Shown: in pieces, positions 20,718 through 29,358 of the stretch
Numbering within the stretch: the first letter of the stretch is position 1
How the letters are laid out: each line of letters begins with the position of its first letter
Assembly: GCA_965206645.1 (NCBI GenBank)
Contig: CBDBKE010000003.1
Coordinates: 736,001 to 800,000 of the forward strand
DNA: 64,000 nt
Reading direction: 5' to 3'
DNA from: Terriglobia bacterium
GTDB taxonomy: Bacteria > Acidobacteriota > Terriglobia > JAJPHL01 > JAPKYU01
Notes under the pieces: model-generated
Seen by the model: the letters and a program-made list of their open reading frames with translations, nothing else
What the model was told of the DNA's origin: nothing
Database searches by the model: none
Program-made: the position numbers and the translations under genes

Positions 20718-21971
20718 TCACTCGACGGCGAACGCAAGTTCTTCTCCGAACTCCCGCGTGGCGGCCTCCCGCGGCACCACCACAATCCCCGAGTCGGTGA
20801 CATGATAGCCGCGGGCCTGGTCCTGCTCCAAATTAAACCCGATCTCGCTGTTCTCCGGAATCTGCACATCGCGGTCAATGATCGCCCGGCGGATACGGCT
20901 GTAGCGCCCCACGTTCACCCCGGAGAACAGGATCGAGCTGTCCACCTCAGAGTAGCTGTTGATGCGCACCGAGTGCGACAGCACGCTGCTGATCACGCGG
21001 CCGCCGCTGATAATGCAACCCGAGCCGACGATGGAATTCATGGCAACACCCACGCGGTGGCCTTCGTCGGCAAACACGAACTTGGCGGGAGGCGATTGCG
21101 GCGGGTAAGTCCGGATGGGCCAATGCGCATCGTAAAGGTTGAACACCGGACTCACCGCCACCAGGTCCATGTTGGCTTCGTAGTAAGCGTCCACGGTCCC
21201 CACGTCGCGCCAGTAAAGCTCTTTCTTGTTCTCATCAATGAAGTCGAAGGCATGGACGCGGTACTGCCCAATGGCTCGCGGCAGGATATCATGGCCGAAA
21301 TCGTGAGCGGAGGTGGCATCCTCGGCGTCCTGGCGCAGCGCTTCGACGAGCACCTGAGTACTGAAGACGTAGATGCCCATGGAGGCGCTGATCATCTCCG
21401 GATTATACGGGGAGCGCGACTGCGGAACGGCCGGCTTCTCCTCGAAACCGATCACGCGCCCGTCGCCGTCCACCTCGACCACCCCGAAGCGGTAGGCCTG
21501 CTCGGCCTTTTCCTGAATCGTGCCCACCGTAATCTCGGCTCCGGACCGCACGTGCTGGGCCACCATCCTGGCATAATTCATCTTGTAGATGTGGTCGGCG
21601 GCCAGAACCAGCGCGTAGCGCAGCTCTTCCTGTCCTACGATGCTGTACAGGTTTTGATAGACGGCGTCGGCGGTCCCCAGGTACCAATCTTCACTGATCC
21701 GCTTCGTGGGCGGCAGGACCTCGATGAACTCACCCAGCTGCGGCGCCAGGATGCTCCAACCCTCGCGGAGGTGGCGATTGAGCGACAGCGCCTTGTACTG
21801 AGTCAAGATGAAGATGCGGCGCAGTCCGGAATTAATGCAATTGCTGAGGGTAATATCAATGATGCGGTAGCTGCCCCCAAAAGTGACGGCTGGCTTGGCG
21901 CGGTCACGGGTCAGCGGGTATAGCCGCTCGCCGGCGCCTCCCGCCAGCAGAAGAGTCAACACCTGATTCAT
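20718..21971 (-). CDS. glgC: Glucose-1-phosphate adenylyltransferase
   Basis: LAGGAGERLYPLTRDRAKPAV, WYLGTADAV, ASMGIYVF, YWRDVGT; start MNQVL. Confidence 0.96.
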   Translation of the reverse strand: MNQVLTLLLAGGAGERLYPLTRDRAKPAVTFGGSYRIIDITLSNCINSGLRRIFILTQYKALSLNRHLREGWSILAPQLGEFIEVLPPTKRISEDWYLGTADAVYQNLYSIVGQEELRYALVLAADHIYKMNYARMVAQHVRSGAEITVGTIQEKAEQAYRFGVVEVDGDGRVIGFEEKPAVPQSRSPYNPEMISASMGIYVFSTQVLVEALRQDAEDATSAHDFGHDILPRAIGQYRVHAFDFIDENKKELYWRDVGTVDAYYEANMDLVAVSPVFNLYDAHWPIRTYPPQSPPAKFVFADEGHRVGVAMNSIVGSGCIISGGRVISSVLSHSVRINSYSEVDSSILFSGVNVGRYSRIRRAIIDRDVQIPENSEIGFNLEQDQARGYHVTDSGIVVVPREAATREFGEELAFAVE

Positions 21972-22326
21972 GTCGTTTCCGGCCAGAGGACCTTCTTGCC
22001 CAGGCTGGTTCGGGCAGCGTTCACCGCAGCTCCCTCCGGCGGCCTGGGCCGGCAGGGTGCGCCAAGCGGAAAATCCCCCCCCTAGTGTACCGCACAACAT
22101 GGTTTCAAAGCCACGCCAGGCAACCCAAGGTAACGGGTCAGTTTCCCGAGAAGCCGACTATTCGTCCAACTGAAACCGGGCCAACTGACACCGGGATTGA
22201 TAAACGCTAGCCCGTTTGTGGGGACCTATCCGGCATCGCTGGAGGCAAGGCGGTGTATCTCGTGCCGCTTGGACTCCGCCAGTACAGCATCGGAAGACCA
22301 CCGTCGCGACTGGTCGGCTCCCCGCG

Positions 22327-22355
22327 TTGACTTGCCTGCGGCCGGGGCGTAGCAT
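22327..22355 (+). promoter_or_regulatory. Sigma70-like promoter inside the kinase cassette
   Basis: TTGACT-17 bp-TAGCAT. Confidence 0.6.
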
Positions 22356-22382
22356 GGCCGCCAAGAGGGAGGCTTCTTGCCC

Positions 22383-22454
22383 ATGGTCGGCCGGACGCTC
22401 GGGCACTACCGCATCCTGGAGAAGCTGAGTTGGAGCAGGGGTGTGGCTGGATGA
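22383..22454 (+). pseudogene. 23-codon relic of another kinase N-terminus, overlapping the kinase start (ATGA)
   Basis: MVGRTLGHYRILEKL resembles MVGKTISRYRVLAKL in the downstream kinase; GGAGG RBS. Confidence 0.6.
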
Positions 22455-25057
22455 AGCCCGAACGTTGGCAGAAAGTCGAGCAGATCTATCACTCCGCTCT
22501 GAAACGAGAGCCGGTCCAGCGGGCCACATTCCTAGACGAAGCCTGCGGTGGGGACGATTCCCTGCGGCAGGAGGTCGAGTCGCTGCTGACGCAGGAGGGG
22601 GCGACGGGGAGCTTCCTGGAAGCGCCGGCTCTGGAGGTGGCCGCCCGTTCCTTGGCCCAAGAGCAAGCCGGGTCAGAGGGAGATGGGGGAGGCATGGTCG
22701 GCAAGACCATCTCCCGCTACCGGGTCTTGGCGAAGCTGGGTGCCGGCGGGATGGGCGAGGTCTATCGGGCCCACGATGAACGACTCCAGCGCGATGTGGC
22801 CCTGAAGGTGTTGCCCGCCCACATTCTGGCCGATGAGACGGCTCGCAATCGCTTCCGCAAAGAAGCCCTGGCTCTCTCCAAGCTGAAACATCCCCACATC
22901 GCCACCGTGTACGACTTCGACACCCAGGACGGGGTGGACTTTCTGGTGATGGAGTATGTGGCCGGGGCCACGCTGGCGAAGCGGATCACGGACGGTGCCT
23001 TACCCGAGAAGGAAGTGGCGCAGCTGGGGATCCAGATCGCCGCGGCCCTGGAGGAGGCCCAGGAGCAGGGCGTGGTGCATCGGGACCTGAAGCCGGGCAA
23101 CGTGATGGTGACCCCGAAAGGCCAAGTGAAGGTCCTGGACTTCGGGCTGGCCAAACTGGTGCGACCAGTAGCCGACACGGCTGCGACCATGAGCATGACG
23201 GAGACACCCGCGGCGGCGGGGACGCTGCCGTATATGCCGCCGGAGCAGTTGCAGGGCAAGGTGGTCGATGTGCGCGCGGATCTGTACGCGCTGGGGGCGG
23301 TGCTCTACGAGATGGGCACCGGACAGCGGGCCTTTCCGGAGCGGGAGTCGCATCGGCTGATCGCTGCAATCTTGCAACAGACACCGCCGGCACCGGGCGA
23401 AGTCAACAGCCAGGTTTCAGCGGGGCTGGAGAGCATCATCTTCAAAGCCTTGGAGAAGGACCCGGAGCGGCGCTACCAGTCGGCCCAGGAGTTGCGGGTG
23501 GACCTGGAGCGGCTGAGCGGGCCGGAGCCATTCCTGGCGACTCCGCGCAGGCCTGGTCTGACTCGCCGACAACTCGTCGCTATGGCAGGAGTGGCGCTCG
23601 TAGCCCTGCTGGCGGTGCCTTTGGGGCTAAATGTGGGCGGACTGCGCGACCGGCTGTTGGGGACAGCCCCTGCGCCACGGATTGAATCCATCGCGGTGCT
23701 GCCGCTCGCGAACCTCTCGGGTGATCCCGAGCAAGACTACTTCGCCGCGGGGATGCACGAAGCGCTGATCACCGACCTGGCCAAGATCGGGGGCTTCAAG
23801 CGGGTGATCGCACGCTCCTCGGCGATGCGCTACCAGGACACCGACAAACCGCTGCCGCAGATTGCGCGGGAATTGAACGTGGACGCCGTCATTACCGGGT
23901 CGGTGCTGCGTTCGGGCGACCGCGTGCGGATCACCGCGCAGTTGATCAACGCGGCCACTGAGGAGCACCTGTGGGCCGAGCGCTACGAGCGCGAGCTCCG
24001 CGACGTGCTGTCGCTGCAAAACGAAATCGTGGCGGCCATCGCCCGTGAGATCAACTTGCAGCTCACCCCGGAGGAGCAGACACGGCTGGCCAGCGCCCGC
24101 ACGGTCAATCCCGAGGCTCATGAGGCCGTTCTCCGGGGCAGCTTTCACATTGACAAGCTCAACTCGGAAGACATCGAGACCGCGATGCAGTACTTCGAGT
24201 TAGCGCTGGAGAAAGACCCGAATTACGCCCGGGCCTACTTGGGTATCGGCGGCGTCTGGTTCGTCCGCACCTTACTGGAGGTCGTGCCACCCCGTGAGGC
24301 AGGGCCAAGGGCGAAGGCGGCTGTGTTGAAAGCCCTGGAATTGGATGACACGCTCTCGGAAGCGCATTCGTTTTTGGCCTATGTTAGGTTTTCTTACGAA
24401 TGGGACTGGGCTGGCGCTCAGGCAGAGTTCCGGCGGGCGATCGAGCTCAACCCCAACTCTGCGGAGGTGCGCGCACTTTACGGCGATTTTTTGACCGCGA
24501 TGAACCGTCCGGAGGAAGCGACAGCGCACCTTGAGCGAGCGTTAGAATTGGACCCGTTCAATTTCAAATACCAGGTGATTTATGGTTGGCACTTGTTTTG
24601 TGTTCGCCGGTACGACGACGCCATCTCTCAGTTCCGCAAGGTGCTCAAAAAGTCACCTAACGACCGGTTTTCGCTGTTTAGCCTGACGACCGTCTTCATC
24701 GCGGCGGGAATGTATGCGGAGCATCGGGAATTAAATAAGAAGTTCATCAATGCCGGGCTGAGTACTGATGGAGTCGCCGAAGAGATTGAGCGTGGCTACG
24801 CGCAGGGAGGGTTCCAGGAGGCGATGCGACGGGGGGCGGAGATGCTGGCAGCGCAATCGAAACTAGCCCCCCCGATGCTTGTTGCGTATATGTATACATA
24901 CGCGGGGGAAAACGACCTAGCCTTGGAATGGCTGGAGAGATCCTACGAGGCACGAACCTTCGGCTTCCATTTTCTCAAGGCGGGTCCGGAATGGGATCCG
25001 CTGCGCGACGACCCCCGCTTCCAGGACCTGCTGCGCCGCATGAACTTCCCGGAGTAA
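22451..25057 (+). CDS. Hanks-type Ser/Thr protein kinase with TM helix, TolB-like domain and TPR repeats
   Basis: GAGGMGEVY, VALK, HRDLKPGN, DFGLAK, GTLPYMPPE, SIAVLPLANLS, TPRs, DPLRDDPRF. Confidence 0.95.
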   Translation: MKPERWQKVEQIYHSALKREPVQRATFLDEACGGDDSLRQEVESLLTQEGATGSFLEAPALEVAARSLAQEQAGSEGDGGGMVGKTISRYRVLAKLGAGGMGEVYRAHDERLQRDVALKVLPAHILADETARNRFRKEALALSKLKHPHIATVYDFDTQDGVDFLVMEYVAGATLAKRITDGALPEKEVAQLGIQIAAALEEAQEQGVVHRDLKPGNVMVTPKGQVKVLDFGLAKLVRPVADTAATMSMTETPAAAGTLPYMPPEQLQGKVVDVRADLYALGAVLYEMGTGQRAFPERESHRLIAAILQQTPPAPGEVNSQVSAGLESIIFKALEKDPERRYQSAQELRVDLERLSGPEPFLATPRRPGLTRRQLVAMAGVALVALLAVPLGLNVGGLRDRLLGTAPAPRIESIAVLPLANLSGDPEQDYFAAGMHEALITDLAKIGGFKRVIARSSAMRYQDTDKPLPQIARELNVDAVITGSVLRSGDRVRITAQLINAATEEHLWAERYERELRDVLSLQNEIVAAIAREINLQLTPEEQTRLASARTVNPEAHEAVLRGSFHIDKLNSEDIETAMQYFELALEKDPNYARAYLGIGGVWFVRTLLEVVPPREAGPRAKAAVLKALELDDTLSEAHSFLAYVRFSYEWDWAGAQAEFRRAIELNPNSAEVRALYGDFLTAMNRPEEATAHLERALELDPFNFKYQVIYGWHLFCVRRYDDAISQFRKVLKKSPNDRFSLFSLTTVFIAAGMYAEHRELNKKFINAGLSTDGVAEEIERGYAQGGFQEAMRRGAEMLAAQSKLAPPMLVAYMYTYAGENDLALEWLERSYEARTFGFHFLKAGPEWDPLRDDPRFQDLLRRMNFPE

Positions 25058-25365
25058 GCTTGGGACTCCCTCCCGCCCGGTAATCCCGGTAGACCGCGCT
25101 CGCGGTATAAGACAGGGCAGCAAGCAAACGTGACGCGGCATTATGTCGCTGTAGCGAAGCTGGTTTCTCCAAACTTTTTCGATAGGTTCCCACTTGTCGG
25201 CTAGCGTTTACCGATGCTGCCACGCCGCCTACTTGGACGTAAAACGCCCCTACCGTAAATTGACCCATTACCCAACCCGAAACCCGTCCACAACTCCAGC
25301 GGGTTTCGGCTGCTGCTATTCGATTTCAGATCTGTCACTCACAAACAAGACGGCGCAGAATTCCC

Positions 25366-25393
25366 TTGACTTCGGTCGGCAAACGCCTATGAT
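25366..25393 (+). promoter_or_regulatory. Sigma70-like promoter of rpsU
   Basis: TTGACT-16 bp-TATGAT upstream of a GAGGAGG RBS. Confidence 0.55.
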
Positions 25394-25438
25394 TAGCTGC
25401 CGAAGCTAACTCCACAGCAGCGAGGAGGTGTTTTCCGA

Positions 25439-25636
25439 GTGGCCGAAATCAGGGTACAAGAGGGAGAATCCCTCGAGAACGCCCTGCGCCGGTTCAAAAG
25501 GAAGGTACAGCAGGAAGATATCATTAAGGAGGTCAGGCGGCATTCCTTCTATTTGAAACCCGGCGAAAAGCGTCGAACGAAGGAAGCCTTGGCCAGGAAG
25601 CGAAACCGCAAGAAGATGCGGCGCGAGCAGGAGTAG
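25439..25636 (+). CDS. rpsU: 30S ribosomal protein S21
   Basis: GESLENALRRFKRK..YLKPGEKRR. Confidence 0.96.
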   Translation: MAEIRVQEGESLENALRRFKRKVQQEDIIKEVRRHSFYLKPGEKRRTKEALARKRNRKKMRREQE

Positions 25637-25934
25637 CGTTGCCAAGATGGGCTCTCCGTTCTCTGTGCTGTTGTTTGAGCTGGCTAACAACCCAGGTCGC
25701 CGTGGGCAGCGTGCTGCGGCCCTGGGGTAAGTGAATGCTTCCGGGAGTTGCACATTCTTCAAGCTGTTTACAGGTTTCCCACGGGCGGGAAAAAGGCAAC
25801 CCAAAGGCTGGCAGCACCTTGCGGGGGAATTTATGTCTCGATTTGGCTCCCTTCTCAAAGCAAGGCCGGGGGCCGAACAGGTCGGAGCTGCTGGCCGATG
25901 ACTCGAAACATGGGCTAGAGGGGGCGTGTGTCCA

Positions 25935-26237
25935 ATGGTCGAATACGCGGACAGGATCTTGAAGTGCGTGGATTGCGGTGCGGAGTTCGTCTTCACCGCC
26001 GGGGAACAGCTGTTTTTCGCCGACAAAAACTTTAAGAACGAACCGAAACGCTGCAAGGCGTGCAAGGGCAAACGAAATACCGCCTTGGGGGGGGCCGGCC
26101 ACGTCCGGGTGGAAACCACCACAAAGTGTCACCAATGTGGGAGAGAAACCACCGTTCCTTTCAAGCCCACTCAGGGGCGTCCGGTCTACTGCCGTGAGTG
26201 TTACCAGCAACGCCGCACGGCCTCGGCGGCGGTCTGA
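25935..26237 (+). CDS. Double zinc-ribbon (CxxC-x17-CxxC) protein
   Basis: CVDCGAEFVFTAGEQLFF..EPKRCKAC; CHQCG..VPFKP..RPVYCREC. Confidence 0.88.
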   Translation: MVEYADRILKCVDCGAEFVFTAGEQLFFADKNFKNEPKRCKACKGKRNTALGGAGHVRVETTTKCHQCGRETTVPFKPTQGRPVYCRECYQQRRTASAAV

Positions 26238-26331
26238 AGTCGTAGCCTGGCTAAATGAAGGTTGCCGACAACCTCTAGGGTGACTGCTCTGTTGACGGTC
26301 GCTGGGGCTCATCTCCACTAGAATCAAAAAC

Positions 26332-27723
26332 ATGCCCAGCTTTTTCGTGCAAAACTTTGGCTGCCGAGCTGCCCAGGCCGATGGCGCGGCCCTGGAGCAC
26401 GAACTGGCGACTCGCGGCTTGGCCCGCGCCGCCGAGGCCCGTACGGCGGACTTGGTGGTGCTAAATACCTGCACGGTGACTGCCTCGGCCGACGAGGATG
26501 CCCGCCAGGCCATTCGCCGCCAGTTCCGCAACAATCCCGGTTGCCGCATCCTGGTCACCGGCTGTTATGCCCAGCGCGCGCCGAACGAGCTGGCTGCGCT
26601 TCCCGGGGTGACCTGGGTGGTCGGGAATTCGCACAAGACCCGGATCGGGGAGATTGTGGCGGGCAGCGGAGCTCTGGTGCCTCTGTCGGCGCTCGGCAGG
26701 GCGCCAGCCCCGACAGCTTCGCCAGATCCGCCAGCTCCCGAAGCTCCGCCAGCTCCGCCAGCTCCGAAAACTCCGCAGGTCATCATCGGGGACATCTTCG
26801 CCCACACCGAGCTGCTGGCAGCGCCCGTCTTTGGCGCTGGGGCCGAGCGCACCCGGCCGAACGTGAAAATTCAGGACGGGTGCAACAACCGCTGCTCGTT
26901 CTGCATCATCCCCGCAGTGCGCGGGCGCAGTCGAAGCCTGCGGCCGGAAGCCGTCCTCGCACAGGTGCGCGCGCTGGAGCGCGCCGGCTACCGCGAGATT
27001 GTCCTCACCGGCATCAACCTGGGCCGCTACGGCCGCGACCTGGAGCCCCGCCTTAGTTTCCTGGCCATGATGCGCGCCATCCTGAGCGAGACGGTAATCG
27101 AGCGCATCCGACTCAGCTCGGTCGAGCCGCTGGACTTTACCAACGAGCTTCTGGAGCTGATGGCCAGCTCCTCCCGGATCGCCCGGCACGTGCACGCACC
27201 GCTGCAAAGCGGCTCGGACCGCGTACTGCGTCGCATGCGCCGCCGCTACCGCGCCGCGCATTACGAGCAGCGCCTGTGGCGCGCGCACCAACTACTGCCC
27301 GAGGCAGCCTTCGGTGCTGACGTGATGGTCGGCTTTCCCGGAGAAAGCGACGAGGACTTTGAGCAGACCCGGGCGTTAGTAGAGCGCCTGCCCTTCACCT
27401 ACCTGCACGTGTTCACCTACTCGCGCCGAGAGGGGACGCCGGCCGCCACCATGCCTGACCAGGTACCCGTCCGCGTGGCGCGGGAGCGCAACCGCCTCTT
27501 GCGCGAGCTGGCCGCCCGGAAGAACCTGGAATTTCGCCGCCGCCAGGTGGGGAGCCGCCTGTCGGTGATCACGCTTGAGGCCGGCACGCTTGAGGGCGGG
27601 TCGGCGCTGAGCAACAACTACCTGAAGGTTCGCCTACGTGGATCGCGGCTCGGGCCCAACCGTCTCGTGGAGGCACTGATCACTGGCGTAGAAGAACCTG
27701 GCCTGGCGGGCGTGGTCTTCTAG
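26332..27723 (+). CDS. mtaB: tRNA methylthiotransferase MtaB (radical SAM)
   Basis: NFGC, NTCTVT, TGCYAQ, KIQDGCNNRCSFC, LHVFTYSRREGT. Confidence 0.9.
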   Translation: MPSFFVQNFGCRAAQADGAALEHELATRGLARAAEARTADLVVLNTCTVTASADEDARQAIRRQFRNNPGCRILVTGCYAQRAPNELAALPGVTWVVGNSHKTRIGEIVAGSGALVPLSALGRAPAPTASPDPPAPEAPPAPPAPKTPQVIIGDIFAHTELLAAPVFGAGAERTRPNVKIQDGCNNRCSFCIIPAVRGRSRSLRPEAVLAQVRALERAGYREIVLTGINLGRYGRDLEPRLSFLAMMRAILSETVIERIRLSSVEPLDFTNELLELMASSSRIARHVHAPLQSGSDRVLRRMRRRYRAAHYEQRLWRAHQLLPEAAFGADVMVGFPGESDEDFEQTRALVERLPFTYLHVFTYSRREGTPAATMPDQVPVRVARERNRLLRELAARKNLEFRRRQVGSRLSVITLEAGTLEGGSALSNNYLKVRLRGSRLGPNRLVEALITGVEEPGLAGVVF

Positions 27724-27748
27724 GCCAATCAAGTAAGGTCCCGAGCCT

Positions 27749-28126
27749 TCAATCTTCAAGGATCACCTGGGCCACGGCCTGCGTCTGGGTGTGGGTGAGC
27801 GATAAGGCGACGTTGCGCACCTTCTGCTTCTGGGCGATGCGCGCGGCCACTCCCGAAAGCCGAAGTTCCGGTTTCCCCCCCCGCTGGTTCACCACCTCCA
27901 GGTCACGCCACCGCACGCCGCTCCGCCAGCCGACTCCCAGGGCTTTCATGCCCGCCTCCTTGGCCGCAAAGCGGGCGGCGTAACGCTCGAAGCGATTCTT
28001 GTGGCGCTCGCAATATTCAATCTCGCGCGCGGTGAAGACGCGCTCCAGAAAGCGCTGGCCGTGCCGGGCCGTCGCCTGTTCCAGGCGCGCAACCTCGGCC
28101 ACGTCAATGCCGGTGCCGACGATCAT
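27749..28126 (-). CDS. acpS: Holo-ACP synthase
   Basis: GTGIDVAE, AARFAAKEA, GKP, SLTH. Confidence 0.95.
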   Translation of the reverse strand: MIVGTGIDVAEVARLEQATARHGQRFLERVFTAREIEYCERHKNRFERYAARFAAKEAGMKALGVGWRSGVRWRDLEVVNQRGGKPELRLSGVAARIAQKQKVRNVALSLTHTQTQAVAQVILED

Positions 28127-28188
28127 TTTGTTCCCAAGAACTTCACCCTAAGAACCTCACGAGGCTGCGAGCTATTATAACGAGCAGG

Positions 28189-28413
28189 ATGGCCAGCAGC
28201 GACTTCGTGAAGTTCCTGGGAACGGCCGGCGCGCGCTTCATGACCGCGCGCCAGTTGCGCTCTACCGGCGGCGACTGGTATTCCCTCCAGGGCTTCCAGT
28301 TTCTGCTGGGCCCCGGGCTGGGCACGCTGGTGCGCTGCGCCGCCAGACGCCCTCGTCTGGACCCGTTGAGGCTCGATGCCCTGATCCTGTCTCACAACCA
28401 CCTGGACCAGTGA
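28189..28413 (+). pseudogene. Truncated metallo-beta-lactamase-fold hydrolase (N-terminal 74 aa)
   Basis: KFLGTAGARF..STGG..GPG..LSHNHLD then stop; HxHxDH motif incomplete. Confidence 0.6.
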
Positions 28414-29228
28414 TGGGACAACCTTCAAGCTTTAACATCACAAAGACCTGGCTGGTTGCCCGCGCCTGGCAGCGGCTGCCGGCGGTCGTGCACGGCTTCA
28501 GCACGCGCCACAGCTCGCGCCGAGATTTCTTTGCTCGCGTTGCCTCAGAGGAGAAAGAGCTACGGCCGGTTGAATTGCGCCAGATTCACTCGGCGACGGT
28601 ACGGACCATAGATGTTGTGCCGGAGCGCCTCCCGGTGGGCGACGCCCCGGTTGGCGATGCCATGGTCACCGCCACGGCCGGTCTGGCGCTAGCGGTGAAG
28701 ACGGCGGACTGCCCTCCCATCCTGCTGCTGGACCCGGTGGCGCGAGCCGTGGGCATCGTGCACGCCGGCTGGCGCGGCACGGTACGCCGCATCACGGAAA
28801 AAACCGTCGGCACCATGCGCGCCCACTACCGCGCCGACCCGACGAGGATGCGCGCAGTCATCGGCCCGGGAATCCATGCCTGCTGCTATCAGGTGGGCGA
28901 GGAAGTGCTGGAGCAGTTCCGCTCCCAGTTCCCTTACGCTGAGGAACTGTTCTCGGGTTTGGAGCCCGAAAACCCCGCGGATACTCTGCTGCCACGGCAG
29001 ATCATGAGAGATCGCATCTCCATCATGCGCCCCCTCAACCCCGCCACCGCCTACCTTGACCTGGAGGAGGCCAACCGCAGGCAGTTGCTGGCGGCGGGGC
29101 TGAGGCCGAAGAACATCGTCACCGGGGCGCCCTGCACCGCTTGCCGCACCGACCTTCTCTACTCCTACCGCCGCGAAGGGACTGCCGCCGGCCGCCTTTA
29201 CGCCATGATCGCCCTCCGCCCGACGTAG
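28413..29228 (+). CDS. pgeF: PgeF/YfiH family purine nucleoside phosphorylase-like protein
   Basis: HGFSTR, QIHS, TADC, HAGWRG, IGPGI..CYQVG, YSYRR. Confidence 0.88.
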   Translation: MGQPSSFNITKTWLVARAWQRLPAVVHGFSTRHSSRRDFFARVASEEKELRPVELRQIHSATVRTIDVVPERLPVGDAPVGDAMVTATAGLALAVKTADCPPILLLDPVARAVGIVHAGWRGTVRRITEKTVGTMRAHYRADPTRMRAVIGPGIHACCYQVGEEVLEQFRSQFPYAEELFSGLEPENPADTLLPRQIMRDRISIMRPLNPATAYLDLEEANRRQLLAAGLRPKNIVTGAPCTACRTDLLYSYRREGTAAGRLYAMIALRPT

Positions 29229-29298
29229 CGGCAGGCTTCAGTCTGCCACCTACGATGGAACCCCGAAGGCGATGGCGCCCGAAGGGCGCCGCTACGTC
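29222..29298. repeat. GTAG-type REP doublet
   Basis: GTAGCGGCAGGCTTCAGTCTGCC ... GGCGCCCGAAGGGCGCCGCTAC, with an 11-bp outer inverted repeat. Confidence 0.65.
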
Positions 29299-29358
29299 AT
29301 GGCCCCGCCGCCCGAGTAGGAAATGGCCGCTCGACCCTGCGTGTTATACTCGCGGCCG

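Larger units (their letters stand above)
22129..25272. mobile_element. Putative non-autonomous IS1/IS1595-type cassette carrying a Ser/Thr kinase gene
   Basis: Terminal inverted repeats GGTAACGGGTCAGTTT / GGTAATGGGTCAATTT (14/16). Flanking 8-mers CAACCCAA (22121-22128) and CAACCCGA (25273-25280). No transposase inside. Confidence 0.7.

Noticed and set aside
26700-26776. 9-bp repeats (ccagctccg) inside mtaB
   Set aside because: They encode an in-frame Pro/Ala linker; ordinary low-complexity expansion.
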